From Candidatus Desulfaltia bathyphila (GTDB taxonomy: Bacteria; Desulfobacterota; Desulfobacteria; Desulfobacterales; ETH-SRB1), in contig JACNLL010000035.1 of the NCBI GenBank assembly GCA_014381545.1, positions 1,741 to 65,740 of the forward strand: a stretch of 64,000 nucleotides of DNA, written 5' to 3'. The stretch's first letter is position 1. Every line of letters starts with the position of its first letter. Below, one piece after another: positions 18,963 to 28,043 of this stretch. A program made the translations under genes and the position numbers. The notes under the pieces were generated by a model. It was not told where the DNA came from and made no database searches. It was given only the letters and a program-made list of their open reading frames with translations.

Positions 18963-19922
18963 ATGAATAAAAAATTAAGAGTTGGAGTTATAGGCGCGGG
19001 CTATCTTGGAAAATTTCATGCTGAAAAATATGCGCGCATGGACAATGTTGATCTTGTTGGGGTTGTTGATAAAAACAGATCATCAGCCGAGGATGTTGCC
19101 GGGAATTATAATATCAGGGCATATATTGACCATAAAGAGCTTTTGGGGAAGGTTGACGCTGCAAGCATAGTTGTCTCAACACCTGCGCACTATGCTGTAA
19201 GCAAGGATTTTTTGGAAAATGATGTTGATCTTCTCATTGAAAAACCAATGACCGTGACTCTTGAAGAGGCTGATGAACTTATCAGGATAGCTGAATCCAG
19301 AGGGCTTATTATCCAGGTTGGGCATCTTGAACGTTTTAATCCGGCAGTTGTTGCTTTGCGGGATATTATTAAAACCCCGATGTTTATAGAATCGCACAGG
19401 CTAAGCATTTATCATAGTCGTGGAACCGATGTCAGCGTTGTGCTTGACCTCATGATACATGATATAGACATTATGCTTAACTTTGTCAGGTCCGATATTA
19501 AGACTATTCATGCCGCAGGCATACCCGTAATATCAGAACATATTGACATCGCTAATGCGCGTCTTGAATTTGAAAGCGGATGCATTGCTAATGTTACAGC
19601 AAGTAGAATTTCGACCAAGAATGAAAGGAAGGTCCGGCTGTTTCAAAAGGATGCATATATTTCTGTGGATTTTGCTAATTGCAAAATAACGGTTATTAAT
19701 AAGGCCGGCCAGGGTGGAACCGGCCTGATTCCGGGTATGGGCATTAAACAGCTTTCTTTTACAAACACAGATGCCTTAGAGGATGAGTTGGTTTCCTTTG
19801 TAAAAGCGGTAAAAAGACGTGAAGCCCCGGAGGTAACAGGGCAGATGGGACGTAATGCTTTAAAGATCGCTTTAAGTATTATGGAACAGATCAATATAAC
19901 CCGTGGCCGTCTTTTAAGTTAA
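18963..19922 (+). CDS. Gfo/Idh/MocA family oxidoreductase
   Basis: N-terminal Rossmann motif VGVIGAGYLGKFH. It sits between lpxI and lpxB, a recurrent position for this family. Confidence 0.85.
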   Translation: MNKKLRVGVIGAGYLGKFHAEKYARMDNVDLVGVVDKNRSSAEDVAGNYNIRAYIDHKELLGKVDAASIVVSTPAHYAVSKDFLENDVDLLIEKPMTVTLEEADELIRIAESRGLIIQVGHLERFNPAVVALRDIIKTPMFIESHRLSIYHSRGTDVSVVLDLMIHDIDIMLNFVRSDIKTIHAAGIPVISEHIDIANARLEFESGCIANVTASRISTKNERKVRLFQKDAYISVDFANCKITVINKAGQGGTGLIPGMGIKQLSFTNTDALEDELVSFVKAVKRREAPEVTGQMGRNALKIALSIMEQINITRGRLLS

Positions 19923-19928
19923 CAATTT

Positions 19929-21065
19929 ATGGGTCAGATTCTTAATAAAAAATCTGTTATGATCATAGCTGGTGAAGCTTCCGGCGATATCCACGGATCG
20001 CGTCTTGTAATGGCCATGCATAAAAGAAACAGCGGCCTTTTTTTCTACGGTATTGGAGGGCGGGTTCTCAGGGATGCAGGGGTGAAGATTCTTGTTAATG
20101 CTGAAGAACTGTCCGTTGTCGGGATAACCGAAGTTTTTTCCAAGCTGATCGGCATTTTTAAAGGAATAAGCGCAGCCAAAAGGTCTCTTAAAAGGATGCG
20201 TCCTGATCTTCTTATTCTGATAGACTTTCCGGATTTTAACCTCCATATAGCGGCAACTGCAAAAAAGCTTAAAATACCTGTACTCTATTATATCAGTCCC
20301 CAAGTCTGGGCGTGGAGGCCGGGCCGTGTCAATAAAATCGGAAAGCTTGTCGATCATATGGCTGTTATATTGCCCTTTGAGCAGCAGTTTTACAGGAAGC
20401 ACAATATTCCCGTTACATTTGTGGGCCATCCTTTGTTAGACAATAAGCATGCAATAGATAATATCTGCAATGAGATGATATCCGATGAATTAGTTATAGG
20501 CCTTTTGCCCGGCTCACGCGACCGGGAAATAGCGCGCCATCTTCCGGTAATGCTTAAAGCTGCCGGTCTCATTTCAAAACTGGCAGGGAAGGTAAAATTC
20601 ATCATTTCACTTGCGTCCTCTGTTGAGAGAGAACATATAGAAGATATAGTGAAAAATTATAAAGTAATAATTGATTTTGATATTGTTGCAGACAGTGTGG
20701 ATAAAGTCTTTAGACAATGCAAACTCATTATTGCGGCATCCGGTACCGTTACTCTTGAAGCTGCGATTTCCGGCACTCCGATGTTAATTATTTACAAGGT
20801 GTCCGCGATAAGTTACTGGCTGGGCAAAATCATGATCAAGGTTAACAATATCGGCCTTGTTAATCTTATTGCAGGCAAGGAGATTGTGCCTGAACTGGTG
20901 CAAAGTAAGGCATCTCCTGAAAATATAGCAGAGACGGCGCTTAATATGTTAAATGATGCTTCCGGCCTTGAAAGGTTGAGAAACGAACTCTCAGGCGTAA
21001 GAAAGTCTCTGGGAGGACCTGGCGCTTCAGAACGGGTCGCTGAAATAGCTTTAGGCATGTTGTAA
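19929..21065 (+). CDS. lpxB: Lipid-A-disaccharide synthase
   Basis: 378 aa with the IIAGEASGD N-terminal motif, of the GT19 family. Confidence 0.95.
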   Translation: MGQILNKKSVMIIAGEASGDIHGSRLVMAMHKRNSGLFFYGIGGRVLRDAGVKILVNAEELSVVGITEVFSKLIGIFKGISAAKRSLKRMRPDLLILIDFPDFNLHIAATAKKLKIPVLYYISPQVWAWRPGRVNKIGKLVDHMAVILPFEQQFYRKHNIPVTFVGHPLLDNKHAIDNICNEMISDELVIGLLPGSRDREIARHLPVMLKAAGLISKLAGKVKFIISLASSVEREHIEDIVKNYKVIIDFDIVADSVDKVFRQCKLIIAASGTVTLEAAISGTPMLIIYKVSAISYWLGKIMIKVNNIGLVNLIAGKEIVPELVQSKASPENIAETALNMLNDASGLERLRNELSGVRKSLGGPGASERVAEIALGML

Positions 21066-21070
21066 GGGAA

Positions 21071-21283
21071 GGATTGAGGGATTGAGGGATTGAGGAATTG
21101 AGGGATTGAGGGATTTAGGGATTGAGGGATTGAGGGATTGAGGAATTGAGGGATTGAGGAATTGAGGGATTGAGGGATTGAAATCAACAGAATACCTTTA
21201 ATCCCTAAATTCCCCAATCCCTCAATTCACAATTAAGCGAAGCGAATCCCTAAATTCCCCAATTCCTAAATTCCTAAATTCAA
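21071..21283 (+). repeat. Inverted octanucleotide arrays around a conserved loop (long imperfect hairpin)
   Basis: 14 units of GGATTGAG/GAATTGAG/GGATTTAG (21071-21182). The loop is AAATCAACAGAATACCTTT (21181-21199). Complementary units CCCTAAAT/CCCTCAAT run to about 21283. Confidence 0.9.
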
Positions 21284-21300
21284 CGTGGTAAATATTTATT

Positions 21301-21987
21301 ATGTCCTTAAAACAAAAAAACGCAATCTCCGAAATGAAGTGGAATCTTGTTGGTATTTTCGGCAAGCTTTTAATTGATCTTCTTTTTAGTACAATGAAGA
21401 TTGAACTGAAAGGATTTGAGAGGGTAAAACCGATTATTTCATCAGGAAAGGTTATATTTGCAGTATGGCATTCGAGGATGCTTCTTGTCTCGTATCTTTG
21501 CAAAGGGCTTAATGGGACGGCAATGGTCAGCAGATCAAAAGACGGTGAAATTGCCGCAAGGATAATTCAAAGCCAGGGACATGAAGCTGTTCGAGGCTCA
21601 ACAATGAAAGGCGGGCTTCAGGCTCTATCAAGGCTTATAAAAAAGGTTAAAGAAAAAAACAAACCTTGCTTAATCGTGCCGGACGGCCCACAGGGGCCAA
21701 GATGCAAGGTGCAGCCGGGAATAATTATTCTGGCAAAAAAAACCGGATACCCGATAGTACCGATCAGCTACAGCGCCGGGAAAATAAAGGTCTTTGCAAG
21801 CTGGGACCGTTTTATTCTCCCTTTTCCATTCACGAAATGCAGGGTCATATATGGCGATCCTGTGTATGTTCCACAAAATGCCGACGAAAACGAGGGAAAA
21901 AAGTGCTTAATGCTGCTTGAAAATGAACTAAACCGCATTACCTCCGACGTTGACCGTTATTATGGACATAATTTGATGAACTCGTAA
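21301..21987 (+). CDS. DUF374 / lysophospholipid acyltransferase-like protein
   Basis: VWHSRML and VPDGPQGPR motifs typical of DUF374. It lies upstream of msbA. Confidence 0.8.
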   Translation: MSLKQKNAISEMKWNLVGIFGKLLIDLLFSTMKIELKGFERVKPIISSGKVIFAVWHSRMLLVSYLCKGLNGTAMVSRSKDGEIAARIIQSQGHEAVRGSTMKGGLQALSRLIKKVKEKNKPCLIVPDGPQGPRCKVQPGIIILAKKTGYPIVPISYSAGKIKVFASWDRFILPFPFTKCRVIYGDPVYVPQNADENEGKKCLMLLENELNRITSDVDRYYGHNLMNS

Positions 21988-21991
21988 AAAA

Positions 21992-22083
21992 GAAGTCAGA
22001 AGTCAGAGGTCAGAGGTCGGGAATTAGAGGATTAGAGGATTAGAAGATTAGAGGATTAGAGGATTAGAGGATTAGGGAATAAG
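21992..22083 (+). repeat. Heptamer (GAAGTCA/GAGGTCA x4) then octamer (AGGATTAG x8) tandem arrays
   Basis: Read directly. The arrays start 4 nt after the DUF374 stop. A partly complementary segment follows at 22095-22130. Confidence 0.9.
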
Positions 22084-22158
22084 GCTTGGTTTTCTAATCT
22101 TCTTAAGTTCTTACCTTCTCATCTTCTGAACTTTAAGAGGTCAGGAATTAGGGATTAT

Positions 22159-23934
22159 ATGATAAAAAAAACCTTATTATCGCTTATAACTAACGACAAA
22201 CACAGGCGGCTGCTTGCGCTTATAAAGGACAACTGGTTCAAGCTGTTTCTTGCAATGGCATGTATGATGGTTATAGCTCTTGCAACATCTGCTACAGCCT
22301 TTTTAGTAAAACCCGCGCTTGATGATATATTTTTCAATAAAGACATCAAGATGTTAAAGCTGATTCCAATCGTAATTATTATTATATATCTTTTGCGAGG
22401 GCTTGGAATGTATGGCCAGGCTTATCTTATGAATTATGTTGGAGAGAGCGTCATAAGAAGGCTTAGAAACAGTCTTTACGACCATATTCAGGATCTTCCG
22501 ATTTCCTTTTTTCATAAAGAAAAGACCGGCACCCTGATGTCTCGCGTCACAAATGATGTAGGTGTTATTAAGGGTATGGTATCCACCGCTGTAACAGGAG
22601 CATTAAAAGACGCGTTTACCATAGTGGGCTTAACAATGGTTATATTTTACCGGGACTGGAAGATGGCTCTGTTCGCATTTATAGTTTTGCCGATCGCCTT
22701 TATCCCTGTTGTGGAATTTGGAAGGCGTGTGCGCAAAATCAGCACAGGTTACCAGGAGGCGATAGCGGATCTGAGCTCTTTCCTGCATGAAACCTTTTCG
22801 GGCAACAAGATAGTCAAGGCGTTCGGGATGGAGCCGTATGAAAAGAAACGTTTTCATGAAAAAGCGCTCAATCTTTTTAAACTTGAGATGAAGGCGGTTA
22901 TAGCCAGCTCCCTTTCATCGCCTATCATGGAATTCCTTGGAGGATTAGGAATAGCCTTTATTATATGGTACGGCGGTTCAAAGGTGATTTCCGGCACATC
23001 AACACCCGGAACATTTTTTTCTTTTATGGCTGCAGTTCTTATGCTGTATGACCCTGTAAAAAAATTAAGCGGCCTGAACAATGCGATTCAGCAGGGACTT
23101 GCGGCTTCAGACAGGGTATTTGACATCATAGACAGAAAATCGGAGATTGCAGAGGATGACAACCCTGTGGAAATCCAATTCCAGCCTCACTGTGTAACAT
23201 TTGATAATGTTTTTTTTAAATATGACGAGGAAATGGTATTAAAAAACATCAACCTTGATGTTAAAGCCGGAGAGATACTGGCTTTAGTGGGAATGAGCGG
23301 GGGCGGGAAAACCTCACTCGTTAATCTGATACCAAGATTTTATGATGTAAGTAGAGGGGCGATCCTTGTTGACGGGATCGATGTTCGTAAAGCATCAATA
23401 TCGTCGCTTCGCAAACAGATAGCAATAGTAACACAGGAACCGATACTTTTTAATGATACCTTGAGAAACAATATCGCCTATGGGAATCAGAATGCATCTC
23501 AAGAAGAGATTGAGAAAGCTGCAAAGGCTGCCTATGCTTATGATTTTATACAGAGTTTCCCGGATAAATTTGACACAGTAATTGGAGAGCTTGGCGCGCG
23601 TCTGTCGGGCGGAGAAAAGCAGCGCATATGCATAGCCAGGGCGCTGTTAAAGGATGCTCCTGTATTAATCCTCGACGAGGCAACCTCATCACTGGACACA
23701 GAATCTGAAATGCTGGTTCAGAAGGCCCTTGAGAATCTGATGAAGGATCGCACTACCTTTGTAATCGCTCACAGGCTTTCAACCATCGATTATGCACACA
23801 GGATAGTAGTAATTGTAGGCGGCAGGATTGTGGAAGAAGGAAAACAGGAAGAACTGATCGCCTGCCGGGGAGAATTTTACAAGCTCTATCAGATGCAGTT
23901 TAACAATTCAGGGATTGAGGGATTGAGGGATTGA
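22159..23934 (+). CDS. msbA: Lipid A export ABC transporter MsbA
   Basis: 591 aa: a 6-TM domain plus an NBD with Walker A GMSGGGKTS, signature LSGGEKQR and Walker B LILDEATS. Confidence 0.9.
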   Translation: MIKKTLLSLITNDKHRRLLALIKDNWFKLFLAMACMMVIALATSATAFLVKPALDDIFFNKDIKMLKLIPIVIIIIYLLRGLGMYGQAYLMNYVGESVIRRLRNSLYDHIQDLPISFFHKEKTGTLMSRVTNDVGVIKGMVSTAVTGALKDAFTIVGLTMVIFYRDWKMALFAFIVLPIAFIPVVEFGRRVRKISTGYQEAIADLSSFLHETFSGNKIVKAFGMEPYEKKRFHEKALNLFKLEMKAVIASSLSSPIMEFLGGLGIAFIIWYGGSKVISGTSTPGTFFSFMAAVLMLYDPVKKLSGLNNAIQQGLAASDRVFDIIDRKSEIAEDDNPVEIQFQPHCVTFDNVFFKYDEEMVLKNINLDVKAGEILALVGMSGGGKTSLVNLIPRFYDVSRGAILVDGIDVRKASISSLRKQIAIVTQEPILFNDTLRNNIAYGNQNASQEEIEKAAKAAYAYDFIQSFPDKFDTVIGELGARLSGGEKQRICIARALLKDAPVLILDEATSSLDTESEMLVQKALENLMKDRTTFVIAHRLSTIDYAHRIVVIVGGRIVEEGKQEELIACRGEFYKLYQMQFNNSGIEGLRD

Positions 23935-23950
23935 GGGATTGAGGGATTGA
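23911..23950 (+). repeat. Octanucleotide tandem array (GGGATTGA) x5
   Basis: Five perfect units. The array contains the msbA stop (23932-23934) and the lptF TTG start (23947-23949). Confidence 0.95.
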
Positions 23951-25107
23951 TCAACTCAATTATAAATAGATATTTATTCAAAGAGATGATCCCGCCCTTT
24001 GTCATCAATGTCCTGTTTTTAACATTTGTTTTTCTGCTGACAAAAATACTTGACATAATAAACCTGATTGTAAATTACAAAATAGGTTTATCCGCCGTCT
24101 TTTTGATGCTTATTTATTCAGTGCCTCATTTCCTTGAGTTCGTCATTCCCATTTCAATAATGATGTCTGTTCTTTTAACCTTCCTCAGATTGTCTGCCGA
24201 CAATGAAATTGTAGCCCTTAAAGCCGGAGGAGTGAGTGTTTACGGGCTTCTTCCTCCGGTATTTCTCTTCTGTTTAATGGGATGTCTGCTAACAGGCTTT
24301 ATGACAATCTATGGAGTGCCGTGGGGCAGGCTATCCTTTAAAACATTGACTTATGACGTGGTTGCATCAAATGTCGATATCGGTCTTAAAGAGAGGACCT
24401 TTAATGACAGGTTTAAGGATGTGATGATTTATGTAAATAAAGTCGATTTAAGAAACAAAGTATTGATAAATGTTTTTATTGAAGATCAAAGGAACAAAAA
24501 TATCGTCAGCACTGTGATCTCTCCAACCGGCAAGTTGTTTAGCGAACCGGACAAACTTGCTTTTCACCTCCGGCTTTATAACGGAACAATAAATCAGGTC
24601 GACCTTAAAGGCAGGGCAGTGCATTCAATAAATTTTGACACCTATGATATAAGTCTTGATCTTAAAAAGGCTGTTTGCGCAGCAAAATCAAGCCAAAAGG
24701 ATGAAAAAGAGATGAGCCTGGCTGAGTTGAGCCGATATCTGCAATCTGCCGCAAAGAAAGATATTCTATACTATTCAGCCCTTATAGTATTTCACAAAAA
24801 ATTTTCACTTCCTTTTGCCTGCTTTGTTCTCGGGCTGGTCGCAATTCCCTTAGGTGTAGAGTCGAGTTCTTCAAGGCGGTCATTTGGTTTGGGGCTCGGT
24901 CTTGTTTTCTTTTTAGCATATTATTTGATGCTGTCTGCAGGTTTCGTTTTTGGTGAAACAGGCGCCTATCCACCTGTTATAGGGATGTGGGCTCCAAATA
25001 TCGTTATTGGAGCTATAGGATTATATCTTTTTATAAGAACAGCTAATGAACGTCCGATAAAGATCTATCCGGTTTTTAATTTGTTAAAAATGAAATTTAA
25101 AAGATGA
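23947..25107 (+). CDS. lptF: LPS export ABC transporter permease LptF
   Basis: YjgP/YjgQ family with N-terminus MINSIINRYLFKEM (conserved RYL..E). It is paired with lptG downstream. Confidence 0.85.
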   Translation: MINSIINRYLFKEMIPPFVINVLFLTFVFLLTKILDIINLIVNYKIGLSAVFLMLIYSVPHFLEFVIPISIMMSVLLTFLRLSADNEIVALKAGGVSVYGLLPPVFLFCLMGCLLTGFMTIYGVPWGRLSFKTLTYDVVASNVDIGLKERTFNDRFKDVMIYVNKVDLRNKVLINVFIEDQRNKNIVSTVISPTGKLFSEPDKLAFHLRLYNGTINQVDLKGRAVHSINFDTYDISLDLKKAVCAAKSSQKDEKEMSLAELSRYLQSAAKKDILYYSALIVFHKKFSLPFACFVLGLVAIPLGVESSSSRRSFGLGLGLVFFLAYYLMLSAGFVFGETGAYPPVIGMWAPNIVIGAIGLYLFIRTANERPIKIYPVFNLLKMKFKR

Positions 25108-25163
25108 TAACTACTCAGGAGTCAGAAGTCAGGAGCCAGAATCCAGAATAGAAGAAGTATGGG

Positions 25164-25328
25164 TATATTAGCCGGAATAGAAATGGCAGCTCTCCTGAAC
25201 TGGGAAGTAAGGCCATACGTCTCATCTGATGGAAAACTGCCGCTAAGATGATGCGAGGATAAAACAAATTGATGAGTCTTTTGCCAAACAATCAAGTCTT
25301 GAAAATGCTTGGCTGGTTCCCTTTTCAT
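25164..25328 (-). pseudogene. Truncated four-helix-bundle protein gene (23S rRNA intervening-sequence protein family)
   Basis: FQDLIVWQKTHQFV...ETYGLTSQFRRAAISIPANI matches only the first ~55 aa of this family. The reading then runs into repeat sequence. The fragment is flanked by inverted heptamer arrays at 25116-25150 and 25327-25362. Confidence 0.7.
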
Positions 25329-25383
25329 TCTGACTCCTGAATTCTGGCTCCTGGCTCCTGAATAGTTACAAATAAATTAGTTT

Positions 25384-26460
25384 ATGCCGATAATATATAA
25401 ATATTTGACCGGAGAAATCCTCAAATACTTTGCAATCATTCTAACAATGGTTGTAGGTATTTATGTTGCGGTCGATTTTTTCGAAAGGGTAGATAATTTT
25501 ATGGAAGCAGGTCTTTCTCTTTCAAAGACCTTTTCCTATTTAATATTAAAGATACCATTTATTGTCGCCCAGATAATTCCGCTCAGTATCCTGCTTGCGG
25601 TGCTGATTGTCTTTGGCCTGATGACTAAAAACAATGAACTGGTTGCTTTAAAAAGCAGCGGCATAAGCATCTATTATTTTTTAATACCGGTAATTTTATT
25701 GGGAATAATATTTAGCGCTTTTCTTTTTTTCCTGTCAGAAGTAATTGTCCCGGTAAGCATGGAACACGCTAACAGTATATGGCTAAAGGATGTCAGAAAA
25801 GAATCCGCTGTAATATCAAAGGAAAAAGATATCTGGATTAAGGGCAATCGCATAATAACGCACATAAAACACTATGATTTTGCAAACAAGACTATATTTG
25901 GCATTACTATCAACTATTTTGACATAGATTTCAGGCTTATTAGAAGGATTGATGCAAAAAAAGGTGTTTTCATCCAGGACAGATGGTACCTGTATGATGT
26001 AGCGCAGCAACATCTTAATAAGAAAGATAATAACTATAAGATAAGCTTCCATGAAAAGATTATTGAGAACTTGGATTTTATGCCTGATGATTTAATGAGG
26101 GTTATAAAAAAATCGGAAGATATGAGTCTCAAGGAACTGATCGCATATATCAGAAAGATTGAAGCAGAAGGATATGACGCCACAAGTTACAGGGTGGACC
26201 TTTATGCCAAGACAGCTTTTCCTTTTGTTTGCATTATTATGTGCATGATAGGCACAGGCATTGCAATGAGAGGAAAAATTAAGGAAGGTCTGCCCATCAT
26301 CATTGCATGCGGCATAGGGATAGCATTTCTTTATTGGATCTCTTATAGCTTTTGCATATCGCTCGGATATGGAGAAATGCTTCCTCCTGTTATTGCCGCA
26401 TGGGCTGCAAATCTTATTTTTTTATGTTTTGGCGCGCTTATATTGCTTAATGCAGAATAA
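25384..26460 (+). CDS. lptG: LPS export ABC transporter permease LptG
   Basis: 358 aa of the YjgP/YjgQ family with N-terminus IIYKYLTGEILKYF. Confidence 0.85.
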   Translation: MPIIYKYLTGEILKYFAIILTMVVGIYVAVDFFERVDNFMEAGLSLSKTFSYLILKIPFIVAQIIPLSILLAVLIVFGLMTKNNELVALKSSGISIYYFLIPVILLGIIFSAFLFFLSEVIVPVSMEHANSIWLKDVRKESAVISKEKDIWIKGNRIITHIKHYDFANKTIFGITINYFDIDFRLIRRIDAKKGVFIQDRWYLYDVAQQHLNKKDNNYKISFHEKIIENLDFMPDDLMRVIKKSEDMSLKELIAYIRKIEAEGYDATSYRVDLYAKTAFPFVCIIMCMIGTGIAMRGKIKEGLPIIIACGIGIAFLYWISYSFCISLGYGEMLPPVIAAWAANLIFLCFGALILLNAE

Positions 26461-26523
26461 TGTAAAAAAGATTTATCATTCGGCTGTTTTCACCACAGAA
26501 CACACACAGAGATCACAGAGAAA

Positions 26524-27822
26524 ATGCTTTTTTTATATAATATTCTTCTTGCGGCAGGAATTACCATTGGGCTTCCTCTGATAATTCCGCTTGTGCTCGC
26601 AACCGATAAAAGACGAAAAACGGTTCTATACAGGCTGGGGCTTATGCCGCTTCCGGAACGCATAAGACAAAACAGATCACATCATCCTCACAACAGACCG
26701 ATATGGATACATGCCCTTTCTGTCGGCGAGGTCCTTTCCGCAGCTCCTCTAATTAAAGAATTAAAGAGCTGTTTTAAACATCAGGATATTGTTTTTTCAG
26801 CCTCTACAAAAACAGGGTTTGAAATAGCAAATAAGCTTTTCAAAAAAAATGTAGATGCAATATTTTTCTTTCCCTATGATTTATTGATTTCGGTAAAACA
26901 TGTTGCGGCAAAAGTTGAGCCAGCCATCGTTATTATTGTTGAGTCTGATATATGGCCGAATTTTCTGTTTGAAATGAAAAGGCGCAATATTCCTGTGATC
27001 CTTGTAAACGCAAGGCTTTCAAGAAAATCATATTTTGGATACAAACTCTTTTTATTCTTTTTTAAAAGACTTTTTTTATCCTTTTCAAAAATTTGCGTTC
27101 AGTCTTCGGAGGATGCCAGTCGCTTCAGCCTCCTCGGGATTCCGCCGGCCAGGATAACAATAACCGGAAACATAAAATTTGACCAGCAATACGATTTTGC
27201 CGGACGTGAAGAAATGAATAAATTAAGACAATCTTTGCTTGTCAATCCGTCTCAAAAGATCCTGCTTACAGGAAGCACGCATTACGGAGAAGAAGCAATA
27301 CTGCTTGATGCGTTTTCAAGACTAAAAAAGAAATATCCCGATCTTATCCTTATTATTGTTCCCAGAAATCCGGATCGTGCCAAATCAGTATGCCGAATCT
27401 GTAAATCAGCGGGTTTTTTTGCGGTTACAATGACTGAGCTTGAAGAAAAAAAGACCAGGCAGGATGTGATCGTTGTTGACAGGATAGGTCTGTTAAAAAT
27501 GCTTTATGCCCTAACAGATATAGCCTTTGTGGGCGGAAGCCTTGTAAACTGCGGAGGCCACAATCCTCTTGAGCCTGCGGCATTTTCCAGACCGATTATC
27601 TTTGGGCCGGACATGAGCGATTTCGCAGATATATCGGATATGCTTATAAGCTCTGGTGGATCTGTCTCTGTGCAGGATGCAGAAAGCATATATAATATTG
27701 TATCAGAGCTACTGACTGACAATCAGAAAGCCGGAGAAATGGGTAGCATGGCTTTCAAAGTCTTTAATGCCAACAAAGGGGCTGTTGAAAAGACCTTGAA
27801 TGTGATTGAAGATATCATGTAA
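26524..27822 (+). CDS. waaA: 3-deoxy-D-manno-octulosonic acid (Kdo) transferase
   Basis: 432 aa with IWIHALSVGE and GGSL...GGHNPLEPA motifs of GT30 KdtA/WaaA. Confidence 0.9.
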   Translation: MLFLYNILLAAGITIGLPLIIPLVLATDKRRKTVLYRLGLMPLPERIRQNRSHHPHNRPIWIHALSVGEVLSAAPLIKELKSCFKHQDIVFSASTKTGFEIANKLFKKNVDAIFFFPYDLLISVKHVAAKVEPAIVIIVESDIWPNFLFEMKRRNIPVILVNARLSRKSYFGYKLFLFFFKRLFLSFSKICVQSSEDASRFSLLGIPPARITITGNIKFDQQYDFAGREEMNKLRQSLLVNPSQKILLTGSTHYGEEAILLDAFSRLKKKYPDLILIIVPRNPDRAKSVCRICKSAGFFAVTMTELEEKKTRQDVIVVDRIGLLKMLYALTDIAFVGGSLVNCGGHNPLEPAAFSRPIIFGPDMSDFADISDMLISSGGSVSVQDAESIYNIVSELLTDNQKAGEMGSMAFKVFNANKGAVEKTLNVIEDIM

Positions 27823-28040
27823 TTGAAGATTGAAGATTGAAGATTGAAGATTTGGTTCCCGAACAAAAAATTTCTTGTTTGTCATTGCGAGCGAAGCGAA
27901 GCAATCTTTTAACGCAAGTATTTTCAACACCATAAGATTTCTTGCTTCGCTCGAAATGATCCGCCTCCGGCGGAGATAGTTTTCGTTCAGCCACTATTTG
28001 TTTCTCTTGTTTTCAATCTTCAATTTTCAATCTTCAATCC
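27822..28040. repeat. Composite: heptamer array, REP hairpin and inverse heptamer array
   Basis: TTGAAGA x4 (27823-27850), then GTCATTGCGAGCGAAGCGAAGCAATC...CTCGAAATGAT (27881-27960), then TCTTCAA-type units (28010-28040). Confidence 0.85.
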
Positions 28041-28043
28041 TAA

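Noticed and set aside
20813-21217. 134-aa minus-strand ORF with IPQSLNPSIPQFLN repeats.
   Set aside because: It is a translation artefact of the octamer array plus the antisense strand of the lpxB 3' end. It has no start context and is purely low-complexity.
25122-25328. The four-helix-bundle fragment considered as an Avd-like accessory gene of a diversity-generating retroelement.
   Set aside because: No reverse transcriptase and no template/variable repeat pair lie nearby, and the gene is truncated. An IVS-protein-family remnant is the simpler reading.
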